DNA from: an uncultured Enterococcus sp.
GTDB taxonomy: Bacteria > Bacillota > Bacilli > Lactobacillales > Enterococcaceae
DNA: 41,458 nucleotides
Assembly (NCBI GenBank): GCA_946409145.1
Contig: CAMJVA010000001.1
Coordinates: 1 to 41,458 of the forward strand
Direction of reading: 5' to 3'
Positions 11,254 to 23,575 of this stretch are shown piece after piece. How positions within the stretch are numbered: position 1 is the first letter of the stretch; the number at the start of each line of letters is the position of its first letter. Position numbers and translations under genes: made by a program. The notes beneath the pieces were generated by a model. It made no database searches. It was given only the letters and a program-made list of their open reading frames with translations, and was not told the DNA's origin.

Positions 11254-11910
11254 GTGGGTCAAAAAGTAAATCCAATCGGTATGCGTGTTGGAGTTATCCG
11301 CGATTGGGATGCCAAATGGTATGCCGAAAAAGACTATGCTGATTTTCTACACGAAGATCTAAGAATCCGTAAATTTATCGCGACTAAGCTAGCTGATGCT
11401 GCAGTGTCAACTGTTGAAATCGAACGCGCAGCCAACCGCGTAAACATTTCTATCCACACTGCTAAACCAGGTATGGTCATTGGTAAAGGTGGTTCCGAAG
11501 TAGAAAACTTGCGGAAAGAACTTAACAAACTTACAGGTAAAAAAGTTCACATTAACATTGTGGAAATTAAAAAACCTGATTTAGATGCAAAATTAGTCGG
11601 TGAAGGTATTGCAAAACAATTGGAAGCACGGGTTGCTTTCCGTCGTGCGCAAAAACAAGCTATTCAACGGACTATGAGAGCTGGAGCTGATGGTATTAAA
11701 ACATTAGTATCTGGACGTTTAAACGGGGCTGATATTGCCCGCTCTGAAGGTTATTCAGAAGGAACTGTTCCTTTGCATACATTAAGAGCAGATATCGACT
11801 ACGCTTGGGAAGAAGCCGCTACAACATATGGAAAACTAGGAGTTAAAGTGTGGATTTATCGCGGAGAAATTCTTCCTGAAAAGAAAAACACTGAGAAAGG
11901 AGGGAAATAA
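11254..11910 (+). CDS. rpsC: 30S ribosomal protein S3 (GTG start)
   Basis: [19 protein letters not shown]. Confidence 0.99.
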   Translation: MGQKVNPIGMRVGVIRDWDAKWYAEKDYADFLHEDLRIRKFIATKLADAAVSTVEIERAANRVNISIHTAKPGMVIGKGGSEVENLRKELNKLTGKKVHINIVEIKKPDLDAKLVGEGIAKQLEARVAFRRAQKQAIQRTMRAGADGIKTLVSGRLNGADIARSEGYSEGTVPLHTLRADIDYAWEEAATTYGKLGVKVWIYRGEILPEKKNTEKGGK

Positions 11911-11913
11911 TCG

Positions 11914-12348
11914 ATGTTAGTACCTAAACGTGTAAAACACCGTCGTGAGTTCCGTGGAAAAATGCGGGGTGAAGCTAAAGGTGGTAAAGAAATTGCTTTT
12001 GGCGAATACGGTTTACAAGCTGTGGAATCTCATTGGATTACCAACCGTCAAATCGAAGCCGCACGTATTGCCATGACTCGTTATATGAAACGTGGTGGGA
12101 AAGTATGGATTAAAATCTTCCCTCATAAATCATATACAAGCAAACCAATCGGGGTTCGGATGGGTTCTGGGAAAGGGGCACCAGAAGGCTGGGTTGCACC
12201 AGTTAAACGCGGTAAAATTTTATTTGAAATCGCCGGTGTTCCAGAAGAAGTTGCTAGAGAAGCACTTCGCCTTGCTTCCCACAAATTACCGATCCAAACC
12301 AAGATCGTAAAACGTGAAGAAATGGGTGGTGAATCTAATGAAGGTTAA
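11914..12348 (+). CDS. rplP: 50S ribosomal protein L16
   Basis: [17 protein letters not shown]. Confidence 0.99.
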   Translation: MLVPKRVKHRREFRGKMRGEAKGGKEIAFGEYGLQAVESHWITNRQIEAARIAMTRYMKRGGKVWIKIFPHKSYTSKPIGVRMGSGKGAPEGWVAPVKRGKILFEIAGVPEEVAREALRLASHKLPIQTKIVKREEMGGESNEG

Positions 12349-12529
12349 AGAAATCAGAGAATTATCCACTGCCGATATGATTAAAAAAGAACAAGAATAT
12401 AAAGAAGAATTATTCAACCTTAGATTCCAACTGGCAACTGGTCAGTTAGAGAATACTGCACGGATCAAAGAAGTACGTCAATCCATTGCACGTATTAAAA
12501 CAGTGTTGAAAGAGCAAGAAGCTAACTAA
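12338..12529 (+). CDS. rpmC: 50S ribosomal protein L29 (start moved to ATG 12338)
   Basis: [16 protein letters not shown]; overlaps the rplP 3' end. Confidence 0.97.
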   Translation: MKVKEIRELSTADMIKKEQEYKEELFNLRFQLATGQLENTARIKEVRQSIARIKTVLKEQEAN

Positions 12530-12553
12530 TTGGAAAAGGAGGCCATTATACGC

Positions 12554-12817
12554 ATGTCTGAAAGAAATCAACGGAAAGTTTACCAAGGCCGCGTTGTTTC
12601 CGACAAAATGGATAAAACCATCGTTGTTGTTGTTGAAACAAGAAAAACGCACAAAACTTACGGCAAAAGAGTAAAATATTCCAAAAAGTTTGTAGCGCAT
12701 GATGAAAATAACACAGCAAAAACTGGTGATATCGTAACTATTATGGAAACTCGTCCATTGTCAGCAACTAAACGTTTCCGCTTATTAGAAGTGGTTGAAG
12801 AAGCCGTTATCATCTAA
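12554..12817 (+). CDS. rpsQ: 30S ribosomal protein S17 (start moved to ATG 12554)
   Basis: [30 protein letters not shown]. Confidence 0.97.
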   Translation: MSERNQRKVYQGRVVSDKMDKTIVVVVETRKTHKTYGKRVKYSKKFVAHDENNTAKTGDIVTIMETRPLSATKRFRLLEVVEEAVII

Positions 12818-12836
12818 ATTAAATATCGTAGTCTGA

Positions 12837-13220
<384 letters not shown>

Positions 13221-13253
13221 TAAAACCCCACACAAAGGAGGTGCGCTTAAAGC

Positions 13254-13565
13254 ATGTTTGTTAAAAAAGGCGATAAAGTCAAAGTCATTTCTGGCAAAGA
13301 TAAAAATAAAGAAGGCGTTGTATTAGCAGCGTTTCCTAAAAAAGACCGCGTCATCGTTGAAGGTGTCAACATTGTTAAAAAACACCAAAAACCTAACAAC
13401 GCTGCTCCTCAAGGGGGAATTCTTGAAAAAGAAGCTCCTATCCATGTATCTAACGTAATGTTAATCGATCCTAAATCAGGAGAAGCTACACGCGTTGGTT
13501 ACAAAATCGTTGAGGGCAAAAAAGTTCGGGTTGCTAAAAAATCCGGCGAAATTTTAGATAAATAA
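13254..13565 (+). CDS. rplX: 50S ribosomal protein L24
   Basis: KOW motif [23 protein letters not shown]. Confidence 0.99.
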   Translation: MFVKKGDKVKVISGKDKNKEGVVLAAFPKKDRVIVEGVNIVKKHQKPNNAAPQGGILEKEAPIHVSNVMLIDPKSGEATRVGYKIVEGKKVRVAKKSGEILDK

Positions 13566-13590
13566 GTCATAGAAAGGAGGACCTTTTGTA

Positions 13591-14133
13591 ATGGTGAACC
13601 GCCTAAAAGAAAAATACACACAAGAAATTACCCCATCTCTAGTAGAGAAATTTAACTATACTTCTGTTATGCAAGTACCAAAAGTAGAAAAAATCGTTAT
13701 CAACATGGGGGTTGGTGATGCTGTTTCAAACGCTAAGAACTTAGACAAAGCCGTTGAAGAATTAGCTTTAATTTCTGGTCAAAAACCTTTAATTACTAAA
13801 GCTAAAAAATCTATCGCTGGTTTCCGTTTGAGAGAAGGAATGCCAATTGGAGCTAAAGTTACTTTAAGAGGAGAAAGAATGTTTGAATTCCTTGATAAAT
13901 TAGTATCTGTTTCTTTACCTCGGGTAAGAGACTTCCATGGTGTTTCTAAAAAAGCATTTGATGGTCGTGGAAACTATACATTAGGGATCAAAGAACAATT
14001 GATCTTCCCTGAAGTTGATTATGATCTCGTTGATAAAGTAAGAGGAATGGATATTGTCATTGTAACAACAGCTCAATCCGACGAAGAAGCTCGGGAGTTA
14101 TTGACACAATTAGGCATGCCATTTGTAAAATAA
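13591..14133 (+). CDS. rplE: 50S ribosomal protein L5
   Basis: [19 protein letters not shown]. Confidence 0.99.
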   Translation: MVNRLKEKYTQEITPSLVEKFNYTSVMQVPKVEKIVINMGVGDAVSNAKNLDKAVEELALISGQKPLITKAKKSIAGFRLREGMPIGAKVTLRGERMFEFLDKLVSVSLPRVRDFHGVSKKAFDGRGNYTLGIKEQLIFPEVDYDLVDKVRGMDIVIVTTAQSDEEARELLTQLGMPFVK

Positions 14134-14149
14134 AAGGGAGGCGAACTAC

Positions 14150-14335
14150 TTGGCTAAAAAATCCATGATTGCTAAAAACAAACGCCCTGCAAAATTCTCA
14201 ACACAAGAATATACACGTTGCGAACGTTGCGGTCGTCCACATTCAGTTTATCGCAAATTTAGACTTTGCCGTATTTGCTTCCGCGAACTTGCCTACAAAG
14301 GACAAATTCCCGGCGTGAAGAAAGCTAGCTGGTAA
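14150..14335 (+). CDS. rpsN: 30S ribosomal protein S14, zinc-binding type Z (TTG start)
   Basis: 61 aa with CERC...CRIC. Confidence 0.98.
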   Translation: MAKKSMIAKNKRPAKFSTQEYTRCERCGRPHSVYRKFRLCRICFRELAYKGQIPGVKKASW

Positions 14336-14370
14336 ACAACTAAACTCGCAAAAAGGAGGTAAATTCTCAC

Positions 14371-14769
14371 ATGGTCATGACAGATCCAATCGCAGATTTT
14401 CTAACTCGGATTCGTAACGCCAACATGGTTAAACATGAATCTTTAGAAGTACCTGCTTCAAAAATCAAAAAAGACATTGCTGAAATCTTAAAACGTGAAG
14501 GTTTCATTAAAGATGTTGAATATATCGAAGATGACAAACAAGGTGTGATTCGTGTTTTCTTAAAATACGGTCGCAACGACGAAAGAGTCATCACTAACCT
14601 TAAACGGATTTCTAAACCAGGTCTTAGAGTCTACGTTAAATCTAACGAAGTTCCTAAAGTATTAAATGGTTTAGGTATCGCAATTATTTCTACTTCTGAA
14701 GGTGTATTAACTGATAAAGAAGCTAGAGAAAAAAATACTGGCGGCGAAGTCCTCGCCTACGTTTGGTAA
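14371..14769 (+). CDS. rpsH: 30S ribosomal protein S8
   Basis: [23 protein letters not shown]. Confidence 0.99.
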   Translation: MVMTDPIADFLTRIRNANMVKHESLEVPASKIKKDIAEILKREGFIKDVEYIEDDKQGVIRVFLKYGRNDERVITNLKRISKPGLRVYVKSNEVPKVLNGLGIAIISTSEGVLTDKEAREKNTGGEVLAYVW

Positions 14770-14796
14770 TATTAAAACTTAAAGGAGGTGTCATTA

Positions 14797-15333
14797 GTGA
14801 GCCGTATCGGGAATAAAATCGTTGAACTTCCAGCAGGTGTTTCTGTTGAAGTTAATGGTCAAGAAGTGACTGTTAAAGGTCCTAAAGGAGAATTAACACG
14901 TACTTTTTCATCAGACATTAAACTTAATGTTGAAGGAAACATCGTAACATTTACTCGTCCTAACGACGATAAAGAAATGAAAACTATTCATGGTACAACC
15001 CGTGCTTTATTCAATAACATGGTTGTAGGTGTCTCTGAAGGTTTCCAAAAAGCTTTGGAACTTATTGGGGTTGGATACCGTGCCCAATTACAAGGCAAAA
15101 AACTTGTCTTAAACGTTGGTTACTCTCATCCAGTTGAAATTGACGCACCAGAAGGCATTACAATTGAAGTTCCAGCTAATACACAAGTTGTAATTAAAGG
15201 AAGTTCAAAAGAAGCTGTTGGACAATTAGCTGCTAATATTCGTGGCGTTCGTCCTCCAGAACCTTACAAAGGCAAAGGTATTCGCTATGTTGGTGAATAT
15301 GTACGTCGTAAAGAAGGTAAAACTGGTAAATAA
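14797..15333 (+). CDS. rplF: 50S ribosomal protein L6 (start moved to GTG 14797)
   Basis: [28 protein letters not shown]. Confidence 0.97.
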   Translation: MSRIGNKIVELPAGVSVEVNGQEVTVKGPKGELTRTFSSDIKLNVEGNIVTFTRPNDDKEMKTIHGTTRALFNNMVVGVSEGFQKALELIGVGYRAQLQGKKLVLNVGYSHPVEIDAPEGITIEVPANTQVVIKGSSKEAVGQLAANIRGVRPPEPYKGKGIRYVGEYVRRKEGKTGK

Positions 15334-15365
15334 TACCAGACATTAAAAATTAAGAGGTGACAACT

Positions 15366-15719
15366 GTGATTACAAAACCAGATAAAAACAAAACACGTCA
15401 AAAAAGACATGCACGTGTTCGTAACAAAATCTCTGGGACTAGTGAGTGCCCACGCTTGAACGTATTCCGTTCTAACACAAACATCTACGCGCAATTAATT
15501 GATGACGTAGCGGGTGTGACCTTAGCAAGTGCCTCTAGCTTAGATAAATCTATCTCTGGAACAAAATCCGAACAAGCAGCTGCTGTAGGTAAATTAATTG
15601 CTGAACGTGGCTTGGAAAAAGGCGTTAAAGAAGTCGTCTTTGACCGGGGCGGATACTTGTACCATGGCCGTGTTGCTGCATTAGCTGCTGCTGCTCGGGA
15701 AAACGGATTAGACTTTTAA
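15366..15719 (+). CDS. rplR: 50S ribosomal protein L18 (start moved to GTG 15366)
   Basis: [31 protein letters not shown]. Confidence 0.97.
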   Translation: MITKPDKNKTRQKRHARVRNKISGTSECPRLNVFRSNTNIYAQLIDDVAGVTLASASSLDKSISGTKSEQAAAVGKLIAERGLEKGVKEVVFDRGGYLYHGRVAALAAAARENGLDF

Positions 15720-15739
15720 GAAAAGGAGGAATACCATTC

Positions 15740-16240
15740 ATGGCTTATATCGAACCAAAACATTTAGAATTAGAAGATCGCGTCGTAGCTATCAACCGTG
15801 TTACTAAAGTCGTTAAAGGTGGACGTCGTTTACGTTTTGCAGCTTTAGTTGTTGTAGGAGATAGAAACGGTCATGTAGGTTTCGGTACTGGGAAAGCACA
15901 AGAAGTTCCGGAAGCTATCAGAAAAGCAATTGAAGATGCTAAGAAAAATCTTGTGGAAGTCCCTATGGTAGGTTCAACAGTTCCTCACGAAACCATTGGT
16001 GTTTTTGGTGGCGGACGGATTTTAATTAAACCTGCTGTTGCCGGTTCTGGAGTTGCTGCTGGTGGTCCAGTTCGTGCGATTATGGAACTTGCTGGAGTTG
16101 CTGATGTTACAAGTAAATCTTTAGGATCAAACACTCCAATCAACGTTGTTCGCGCAACTATTGATGGTTTAACACAACTAAAAAGAGCAGAAGAAGTTGC
16201 CCAATTACGTGGCAAATCTGTTGCTGATTTAATCGGATAA
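15740..16240 (+). CDS. rpsE: 30S ribosomal protein S5
   Basis: [15 protein letters not shown]. Confidence 0.99.
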   Translation: MAYIEPKHLELEDRVVAINRVTKVVKGGRRLRFAALVVVGDRNGHVGFGTGKAQEVPEAIRKAIEDAKKNLVEVPMVGSTVPHETIGVFGGGRILIKPAVAGSGVAAGGPVRAIMELAGVADVTSKSLGSNTPINVVRATIDGLTQLKRAEEVAQLRGKSVADLIG

Positions 16241-16253
16241 GGAGGAGTCAATA

Positions 16254-16433
16254 ATGGCTGAATTAAAAATTACTTTAAAACGCAGTATTATTGGACGTCC
16301 CCTAAACCAAAAAGAAACTGTTAAAGCACTAGGACTTAAAAAAATTAACTCCAGTGTTGTTAAAACTGACAGTGACGTTATTAAAGGGATGGTCCGCACT
16401 GTAGCACATTTAGTGGACGTAGAAGAAGTATAA
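16254..16433 (+). CDS. rpmD: 50S ribosomal protein L30 (59 aa, missed by the ORF track)
   Basis: Translated by hand: [36 protein letters not shown]...[18 protein letters not shown]. Confidence 0.98.
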   Translation: MAELKITLKRSIIGRPLNQKETVKALGLKKINSSVVKTDSDVIKGMVRTVAHLVDVEEV

Positions 16434-16467
16434 TATATCTCACTTAAGTTAAGGAGGTGCCAAACTA

Positions 16468-16908
16468 ATGAAACTTCATGAAATGAAAGTACCAGAAGGC
16501 TCTCGGCAAGTACGTAACCGTGTAGGTCGTGGAACTTCTTCTGGCAACGGTAAAACAAGTGGCCGAGGACAAAAAGGGCAAAAAGCTCGTTCCGGTGGCG
16601 GTGTTCGTTTAGGTTTTGAAGGTGGACAAACACCATTGTTCCGTCGCCTACCAAAACGTGGATTTACTAATGTAAATCGTAAAGAATATGCTATTGTTAA
16701 CTTCGACATTTTGAATCGCTTTGAAGATGGAGCAGAAGTTACGCCAACTGCTTTGGTTGAAGCTGGTTACATCAAAGATGAAAAAGCTGGAATCAAAGTG
16801 TTAGCTAACGGCGAACTTGAAAGAAAATTAACTGTTAAAGCAGCTAAATTCTCTAAAGCAGCTCAAGAAGCGATTGAAGCTCGTGGTGGATCAATCGAGG
16901 TGATCTAA
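16468..16908 (+). CDS. rplO: 50S ribosomal protein L15
   Basis: [18 protein letters not shown]. Confidence 0.99.
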   Translation: MKLHEMKVPEGSRQVRNRVGRGTSSGNGKTSGRGQKGQKARSGGGVRLGFEGGQTPLFRRLPKRGFTNVNRKEYAIVNFDILNRFEDGAEVTPTALVEAGYIKDEKAGIKVLANGELERKLTVKAAKFSKAAQEAIEARGGSIEVI

Positions 16909-18206
16909 TGTTCAAACTTTTAAAAGACGCTTTTAAAGTCAAAGACATTCGATCTAAAATTTTATTTACAGTGGGTGTGTTATTTGTCTTCCGTCTTGGA
17001 AGTCAAATCACTGTCCCTGGAATAAATGCAAGTGCCTTAAATGAACTAGCAGAGTTACCATTTTTTAATATGTTAAATATGGTTTCCGGTTCAGCCTTGC
17101 AACAATTTTCTGTTTTCTCCATGGGAGTTTCTCCTTACATTACAGCTTCAATCGTTATCCAACTTTTACAAATGGATATTGTTCCGAAGTTTGTAGAGTG
17201 GGGCAAACAAGGGGAAGTTGGTCGTAAAAAATTAAATCAAGCTACTCGTTGGTTGACACTGGTCTTAGGATTCGTGCAATCAGTGGGATTAACAGCTGGA
17301 TTTAATGCTTTAGGATCAAATTTCAATTTAGTAGAAGATCAAACAGTGACCAGCTATGTGCTCATTGGGTTGATTTTAACTGCTGGAACCATGTTTGTAA
17401 CTTGGATGGGTGAACAAATTACTGAAAAAGGTTTAGGTAATGGCGTTTCTCTTATTATCTTTGCAGGAATTATTTCCCGCTTGCCTTATTCTTTAGTTGA
17501 ATTATATGAAGATATGTTTGTGAACGTGAGTGATAGTGAAATTGTGCCAAACATTATTTTTGCTGTTCTTTTAGTCATCGCTGTATTACTAATTGTGACT
17601 GTAACAACGTTTGTCCAACAAGCAGAACGGAAAATTCCAATTCAGTATACGAAACGCTCTTCTGGAGCGCCAAGTAGTAGTTATCTTCCATTAAAAGTTA
17701 ACGCTGCAGGAGTTATTCCAGTTATTTTTGCTAGTTCATTTATCTCCACTCCAAATGCCATCTTACAATTTTTCAACACTTCTTATAGTGGAGAAACTTG
17801 GTACGACACTTTAAGTGCTATTTTCAGTTATTCAACAGTCCCTGGGGCAATTGTTTATACTGTGTTAATTGTCGCTTTCACTTTCTTTTATGCTTTTGTT
17901 CAAGTTAACCCTGAGAAATTAGCGGAAAACTTAGCAAAACAAGGAAGTTACATTCCAAGTGTGCGTCCTGGTAAAGGAACAGAAGATTATGTTTCTAAAT
18001 TATTAATGCGCTTATCTACTGTAGGATCCATCTTTTTAGGTGCCATTGCTGTTATTCCAATTATTGCCCAAATGCTCTTTAACTTACCTTCATCCATTGG
18101 ACTTGGAGGAACAAGTTTATTAATTGTCATTGGGGTAGCATTAGAAACAGCAAAACAGTTAGAAGGTTTATTATTAAAACGCCAATATACTGGCTTTATT
18201 AATTAA
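16908..18206 (+). CDS. secY: Preprotein translocase subunit SecY
   Basis: SMGVSPYITASI, GEQITEKGLGNGVS, GGTSLLIVIGV. Confidence 0.99.
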   Translation: MFKLLKDAFKVKDIRSKILFTVGVLFVFRLGSQITVPGINASALNELAELPFFNMLNMVSGSALQQFSVFSMGVSPYITASIVIQLLQMDIVPKFVEWGKQGEVGRKKLNQATRWLTLVLGFVQSVGLTAGFNALGSNFNLVEDQTVTSYVLIGLILTAGTMFVTWMGEQITEKGLGNGVSLIIFAGIISRLPYSLVELYEDMFVNVSDSEIVPNIIFAVLLVIAVLLIVTVTTFVQQAERKIPIQYTKRSSGAPSSSYLPLKVNAAGVIPVIFASSFISTPNAILQFFNTSYSGETWYDTLSAIFSYSTVPGAIVYTVLIVAFTFFYAFVQVNPEKLAENLAKQGSYIPSVRPGKGTEDYVSKLLMRLSTVGSIFLGAIAVIPIIAQMLFNLPSSIGLGGTSLLIVIGVALETAKQLEGLLLKRQYTGFIN

Positions 18207-18263
18207 GTTTGAATTCGTGTTGGAGTTTTCTCCAACACCATTCTCACATTAGGAGGGTGACCT

Positions 18264-18911
18264 ATGAACCTCATTTTAATGGGGCTACCTGGTGCAGGTA
18301 AGGGAACACAAGCCGAAAAAATTATTGATCAATACCACATTCCGCACATCTCAACTGGGGATATGTTTAGAGCCGCTATTTCAAAAGGAACTGAACTAGG
18401 TCTTAAAGCTAAAGCTTTTATGGATCAAGGAGAATTAGTTCCAGATGAAATCACCAACGGTATCGTGAAAGAACGTCTTGCCCAAGGAGATACTCAGGAT
18501 GGCTTTTTATTAGATGGATTTCCTAGAACTTTAGAACAAGCACAAGCTTTAGATGAAATTTTAGGTCAACTTAATAAAAAACTAGATGCAGTAATTGATA
18601 TTAAAGTGGAACCGGATGTTTTGATTGACCGTCTTTCAGGTCGTTTCATTTGTAAAAAATGTGGCGCTACCTATCATAAGACGTTTAATCCCCCTAAAGT
18701 AGAAGGAACTTGCGATCGCTGTGGTGGTCATGAGTTTTATCAACGGGAAGACGACAAACCGGAAACAGTTAAAAATCGGCTTACAGTTAACATTAAAAAT
18801 TCTGAACCTATTTTAGCTTATTACAAAGAGCAAGGTTTAGTTCAAGAAGTTAACGGTGATCGAGACATTGAAGAAGTATTCGTCGATGTCAAAAAAATCA
18901 TTGAAGCTTAG
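18264..18911 (+). CDS. adk: Adenylate kinase with zinc-lid domain
   Basis: [26 protein letters not shown]. Confidence 0.99.
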   Translation: MNLILMGLPGAGKGTQAEKIIDQYHIPHISTGDMFRAAISKGTELGLKAKAFMDQGELVPDEITNGIVKERLAQGDTQDGFLLDGFPRTLEQAQALDEILGQLNKKLDAVIDIKVEPDVLIDRLSGRFICKKCGATYHKTFNPPKVEGTCDRCGGHEFYQREDDKPETVKNRLTVNIKNSEPILAYYKEQGLVQEVNGDRDIEEVFVDVKKIIEA

Positions 18912-18935
18912 ATTTCGTAGCTAGGGTTAAACCCC

Positions 18936-18965
18936 TTGTCAATTACCCCTTCGTTGTGGTAAAAT
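18936..18965 (+). promoter_or_regulatory. Internal promoter for infA-rpmJ-rpsM-rpsK-rpoA-rplQ
   Basis: TTGTCA, 18 nt, TAAAAT with extended -10 (TGn). Confidence 0.6.
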
Positions 18966-19082
18966 ATACCAGTCTGACTTTAAGAGTCATCTTAATTAAG
19001 ATCTGTCAATCGTTTCAGGTGAGAGCAAGGGCTTTCGCCGTTTTATCGTGTTAAAGGCAAACAACTCAAGGAGGTACTAAGC

Positions 19083-19301
19083 GTGGCAAAAGATGATATG
19101 ATCGAAATCGAAGGAACTGTCGTGGAAACTTTGCCGAATGCAATGTTTAAGGTGGAATTAGCAAACGGCCACGTGGTCTTAGCTCATGTGTCTGGTAAAA
19201 TTAGAATGCATTATATTCGTATCTTACCAGGAGATAAGGTTACAGTGGAATTATCTCCCTACGATCTTTCCCGTGGTCGCATCACCTATCGCTTTAAATA
19301 A
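19083..19301 (+). CDS. infA: Translation initiation factor IF-1 (GTG start)
   Basis: [23 protein letters not shown]. Confidence 0.99.
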   Translation: MAKDDMIEIEGTVVETLPNAMFKVELANGHVVLAHVSGKIRMHYIRILPGDKVTVELSPYDLSRGRITYRFK

Positions 19302-19336
19302 TTGTACTCCGTAAATCTTTAGGAGGTAACTATCAA

Positions 19337-19453
19337 ATGAAAGTAAGACCAAGTGTCAAACCAATGTGTGAACATTGTAAAGTGATTCGCCGTAAGGGTA
19401 GAGTCATGGTAATTTGCCCAGCAAATCCAAAACATAAACAACGTCAAGGTTAA
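19337..19453 (+). CDS. rpmJ: 50S ribosomal protein L36 (38 aa, missed by the ORF track)
   Basis: Translated by hand: [46 protein letters not shown]. Confidence 0.99.
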   Translation: MKVRPSVKPMCEHCKVIRRKGRVMVICPANPKHKQRQG

Positions 19454-19470
19454 TAGGAGGTGTAGTCCAA

Positions 19471-19836
19471 ATGGCTCGTATTGCAGGAGTAGATATTCCT
19501 CGTGATAAACGCGTAGTAGTTTCCTTAACATACATCTATGGAATCGGAGACACTACTGCTAAACAAATCCTGAAAAATGCAGGAGTTTCAGAAGATATTC
19601 GGGTAAGAGATCTTACCAACGATCAAACAGATGCTATTCGTGTTGAAGTTGACAAATTAAAAGTTGAAGGGGATCTTCGTCGTGAAGTGAACTTAAACAT
19701 CAAACGTTTAATGGAAATTAACTCATATCGTGGTATCCGTCACCGCCGGGGATTACCTGTTCGGGGACAAAATACTAAAAATAACGCTCGCACTCGTAAG
19801 GGTCCAGCGCGCGCTATTGCTGGTAAGAAAAAATAA
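19471..19836 (+). CDS. rpsM: 30S ribosomal protein S13
   Basis: [28 protein letters not shown]. Confidence 0.99.
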   Translation: MARIAGVDIPRDKRVVVSLTYIYGIGDTTAKQILKNAGVSEDIRVRDLTNDQTDAIRVEVDKLKVEGDLRREVNLNIKRLMEINSYRGIRHRRGLPVRGQNTKNNARTRKGPARAIAGKKK

Positions 19837-19859
19837 TCAGTGAAGGAGGTTAGTCATTC

Positions 19860-20249
19860 ATGGCACAAAAGAAAGTTAGTCGCAAACGCCGGGTGAAAAA
19901 AAATATTGAAATGGGAATCGCTCATATTCATTCCACTTTCAACAATACCATCGTCATGATCACTGACGCCCATGGAAATGCGTTGTCTTGGTCATCTGCA
20001 GGGGCATTAGGTTTCAAAGGTAGTAAAAAATCTACTCCATTTGCTGCACAAATGGCAGCAGAAACTGCTTGCAAAACTGCAATGGAACATGGTTTGAAAA
20101 CTGTTGAAGTAACTGTAAAAGGACCTGGTGCTGGTCGGGAAGCTGCCATTCGTTCATTACAAGCAGCAGGACTTGAAGTAACCGCTATTCGCGACGTTAC
20201 CCCAGTTCCTCATAACGGATGCCGCCCTCCAAAACGCCGTCGTGTTTAA
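19860..20249 (+). CDS. rpsK: 30S ribosomal protein S11
   Basis: [24 protein letters not shown]. Confidence 0.99.
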   Translation: MAQKKVSRKRRVKKNIEMGIAHIHSTFNNTIVMITDAHGNALSWSSAGALGFKGSKKSTPFAAQMAAETACKTAMEHGLKTVEVTVKGPGAGREAAIRSLQAAGLEVTAIRDVTPVPHNGCRPPKRRRV

Positions 20250-20326
20250 TGTGCGCTCCCTTTTGACAAATCATGAAACGTCATTGAACAAGACATTGTT
20301 CGTTTTGAAAGGGGTATAGGATAAGA

Positions 20327-21265
20327 ATGATCGAATTTGAAAAACCAAGAATCACTAAAATCGATGACGAAAAAGATTATGGCAAGTTCGTAGTTGAACC
20401 TTTAGAAAGAGGATACGGAACCACTTTAGGAAATTCCTTACGTCGGATTCTTTTATCTTCCTTACCAGGTGCAGCTATAACTAATCTACAAATCGATGGC
20501 GTCTTGCATGAATTTTCTACCATTAAAGGTGTTAGAGAAGACGTGACTCAAATTGTCTTAAACATCAAAGGTTTAGCTTTGAAACTCTATGCCCAAGAAG
20601 AAAAAACCTTAGAAATCGACATTACAGGACCAGCAGTTGTTACTGCCGGAGATATTATTGTAGATTCTGACGTGGAAATCTTAAATAAAGATTTATATAT
20701 TTGTTCCGTTGCTGAAGGAACAAACTTCCATGCTCGTTTAACAGTAAAACCTGGTCGTGGTTATGTTCAAGCAGACGAAAATAAAAGAGAAGATATGCCA
20801 ATTGGTGTTCTTCCCATCGATTCTATCTACACCCCAGTTCGCCGTGTTAACTATCAAGTAGAACGTGCTCGTATTGGGCATCGGGATGATTTTGATAAAT
20901 TAACTATGGAAGTCTGGACTGACGGTTCTATTATTCCCCAAGAAGCATTAAGTTTAGCCGCTAAGATTTTGACTGAACATTTAGATATCTTTGTTAACTT
21001 AACAGATGAAGCTAAAAATGCTGAAATTATGGTGGAAAAAGAAGAAACACAAAAAGAAAAAATGTTGGAAATGACCATCGAAGAGTTGGATCTTTCCGTT
21101 CGTTCTTACAATTGTTTGAAACGTGCTGGGATTAATACAGTTCAAGAATTAACTAACAAATCAGAACCAGAAATGATTAAAGTTAGAAATCTTGGTCGGA
21201 AGTCCTTAGAAGAAGTTAAGGCTAAACTTCATGATCTTGGCCTTGGCTTACGTAAAGACGATTAA
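20327..21265 (+). CDS. rpoA: RNA polymerase subunit alpha
   Basis: [35 protein letters not shown]. Confidence 0.99.
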   Translation: MIEFEKPRITKIDDEKDYGKFVVEPLERGYGTTLGNSLRRILLSSLPGAAITNLQIDGVLHEFSTIKGVREDVTQIVLNIKGLALKLYAQEEKTLEIDITGPAVVTAGDIIVDSDVEILNKDLYICSVAEGTNFHARLTVKPGRGYVQADENKREDMPIGVLPIDSIYTPVRRVNYQVERARIGHRDDFDKLTMEVWTDGSIIPQEALSLAAKILTEHLDIFVNLTDEAKNAEIMVEKEETQKEKMLEMTIEELDLSVRSYNCLKRAGINTVQELTNKSEPEMIKVRNLGRKSLEEVKAKLHDLGLGLRKDD

Positions 21266-21289
21266 CATCTACAAAGGAGGTACGTACAA

Positions 21290-21673
21290 GTGGGTTACCG
21301 TAAACTAGGACGCACATCTAGCCAACGTAAGGCGATGTTGCGCGACTTAACAACAGACCTTATCATCAACGAACGCATCGTTACAACTGAAGCTCGTGCT
21401 AAAGAAGTGCGTTCAACAGCAGAAAAAATGATTACTTTAGGCAAACGTGGCGATTTACACGCTAGACGTCAAGCAGCTGCTTTCATTAGAAATGAAGTAG
21501 CAGATGTTAGAGAAGAAGATGAAAAAGTTGTTATTGAAACAGCTCTACAAAAACTTTTCAACGACATTGCAGCTCGTTATAGCGAACGTCAAGGTGGATA
21601 CACTCGTATCTTAAAGATGGAACCACGTCGGGGCGACGCTGCTCCAATGGTCATCTTAGAACTTGTCAAATAA
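21290..21673 (+). CDS. rplQ: 50S ribosomal protein L17 (GTG start)
   Basis: [20 protein letters not shown]. Confidence 0.99.
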   Translation: MGYRKLGRTSSQRKAMLRDLTTDLIINERIVTTEARAKEVRSTAEKMITLGKRGDLHARRQAAAFIRNEVADVREEDEKVVIETALQKLFNDIAARYSERQGGYTRILKMEPRRGDAAPMVILELVK

Positions 21674-21684
21674 TTTTTTTGCAT

Positions 21685-21800
21685 CACTTTTATGATGATT
21701 CTTATTGAGTGTTATGATGATGGAGAAATCCAAGTCTAGCTCTGCTTGCTTCCTGAGTTTGTGCCCAGGAAGCTAGCGCTCATCATAAGGTGTTTTTTTT
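21685..21800 (+). ncRNA. L17 downstream element (L17DE)-like structured RNA ending in a U-tract
   Basis: Directly 3' of rplQ; stems GAGTGTT/AGCGCTC, TGGA-GAAA-TCCA, GCTTCCTG/CAGGAAGC; internal AGTCTAGCTCTG; outer stem followed by T8. Confidence 0.75.
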
Positions 21801-21842
21801 ATCTAAAAAGGTGTCTTGACAGATAATACATAGAATAAAAAA

Positions 21843-21871
21843 TTGAAAATTATCGTTATTTTTGGTAGTCT
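21843..21871 (+). promoter_or_regulatory. Putative promoter of the ecf operon
   Basis: TTGAAA, 17 nt, TAGTCT with extended -10 (TGn). Confidence 0.45.
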
Positions 21872-21884
21872 TAAGAAATGAGAG

Positions 21885-22733
21885 TTGGTGAAAATTTTGG
21901 ATGAAGTAATCTCTTTAAAAGATATTGTATTTCGTTATCAAGAAGATGAAGAACCTGCTTTAAAAGGGGTCTCTTTAAATATAAAACAGGGAGATTGGTG
22001 TGCAATTATTGGACCTAATGGCAGTGGTAAATCTACTTTAGCCAAAACCATTAATGGGTTAATTTTACCCCAATCAGGAACAGTAGAAGTGTGTCACTTA
22101 GCTATGACAGAAGAAAATTTATGGGACATTCGTAAAAATGTAGGGATGGTTTTCCAAAATCCTGACAATCAATTTGTTGGGGCTACTGTAGAAGACGACG
22201 TGGCTTTTGGTTTAGAAAATCAAGGAATTCCCCGAGAAGAAATGCTAACGCGAGTGAATGAAGCACTGCATTTAGTTCGCATGGATGATTTTAAAACCAG
22301 AGAACCTGCTCGACTTTCTGGAGGACAAAAACAACGGGTAGCGATTGCTGGAGTGGTTGCTTTACGGCCAAAAATTATTATTTTAGACGAAGCGACGAGT
22401 ATGTTAGATCCAGAAGGACGTAAAGAAGTCATTGAAACCATTCGCAAAGTAAAAGAAAAAGAAAACTTAACGGTGATTTCCATTACCCATGATATTGACG
22501 AAGCGGCTTTGGCCAACAAAATTTTTGTCATGGGCCAAGGAAAAATGAATTTATCTGGGACCCCAGAAGAAATTTTTTCTTACGGAGAAAATTTAATTGA
22601 AATGGGCTTAGATTTACCTTTTCCCGAAAAATTAAAAGCTGCCCTTAAGAAAAAAGGCCTGGAAGTTCCTCCTGGTTATTTAACAGAAGAAAGGATGTTG
22701 GACTGGTTATGGACATCACTTTTGAAAAAGTAG
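21885..22733 (+). CDS. ecfA1: ECF transporter ATPase A1 (exact start uncertain: 21885/21888/21897)
   Basis: [26 protein letters not shown]; conserved position after rplQ. Confidence 0.93.
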   Translation: MVKILDEVISLKDIVFRYQEDEEPALKGVSLNIKQGDWCAIIGPNGSGKSTLAKTINGLILPQSGTVEVCHLAMTEENLWDIRKNVGMVFQNPDNQFVGATVEDDVAFGLENQGIPREEMLTRVNEALHLVRMDDFKTREPARLSGGQKQRVAIAGVVALRPKIIILDEATSMLDPEGRKEVIETIRKVKEKENLTVISITHDIDEAALANKIFVMGQGKMNLSGTPEEIFSYGENLIEMGLDLPFPEKLKAALKKKGLEVPPGYLTEERMLDWLWTSLLKK

Positions 22734-23575
22734 ATTTTACGTATCAACCAGGAACTCCCTTTGAAGAAAGGGCCTTGTTTGATTTAAATTTACACATTAA
22801 AGACGGTTCTTATACAGCTATTATTGGGCATACAGGAAGTGGCAAGTCTACCTTGTTGCAACATTTAAATGCTTTAGTGAAGCCTACAAAAGGCACTGTG
22901 ACCATTGGAGAGCGAGTTATTACTCCTGAAACGGATAATAAAAATTTAAAACCAGTGCGAAAAAAAGTGGGCATTGTTTTTCAATTTCCAGAAAGCCAAC
23001 TTTTTGAAGAAACAGTAGGATTAGATATTGCCTTTGGTCCGAGAAACTTTGGAGCAAGTAAAGAAGAAGGTTTGAAACTAGCCAAAGAAATGTTAGAGTT
23101 AGTGGGCCTTGATGAAAGTTTTCTAGAACGTTCTCCTTTTGAGCTTTCAGGAGGGCAAATGAGACGTGTGGCCATTGCTGGGGTTTTAGCCATGGAACCA
23201 GAAGTTTTAGTTTTAGATGAGCCTACAGCTGGACTTGATCCTGCAGGACGTAAAGAAATGATGGAAATGTTTTGGGATTTACATGTGAAAAAGAAAATGA
23301 CCTTGGTGTTAGTCACTCATTTAATGGACGATGTGGCTGATTACGCTGATGAGGCATTTATTTTAGAAAAAGGTCATTTGGTCAAACATGGAACGCCTAA
23401 AGAAGTTTTTCAAGATATTCCTTGGTTAGAGGAAAAACAATTAGGGGTCCCTCAAGCCACAGAATTTGCTAAAAAATTACAAGAAAAAGGGTTGCCTTTA
23501 AGAGAGTTACCTCTTACAGCGGATCAGTTAGCTGATGAACTGGAAGCCTTGTTAGAAAAAGGTGACCAAAAATGA
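22709..23575 (+). CDS. ecfA2: ECF transporter ATPase A2
   Basis: [31 protein letters not shown]. Confidence 0.95.
   Translation: MDITFEKVDFTYQPGTPFEERALFDLNLHIKDGSYTAIIGHTGSGKSTLLQHLNALVKPTKGTVTIGERVITPETDNKNLKPVRKKVGIVFQFPESQLFEETVGLDIAFGPRNFGASKEEGLKLAKEMLELVGLDESFLERSPFELSGGQMRRVAIAGVLAMEPEVLVLDEPTAGLDPAGRKEMMEMFWDLHVKKKMTLVLVTHLMDDVADYADEAFILEKGHLVKHGTPKEVFQDIPWLEEKQLGVPQATEFAKKLQEKGLPLRELPLTADQLADELEALLEKGDQK

Noticed and set aside
16229..16654. 141-aa minus-strand ORF and other antisense or alternative-frame ORFs over the pst, ribosomal, ecf and ABC genes
   Set aside because: Shadow frames of strongly conserved genes; this one covers the real rpmD
19000..19080. 26-codon open stretch ([18 protein letters not shown]) faintly like a KOW-protein remnant before infA
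   Set aside because: No start codon or SD, and the similarity is too short to support
18264..20327. Absence of map and rpsD from the cluster
   Set aside because: Normal for Lactobacillales
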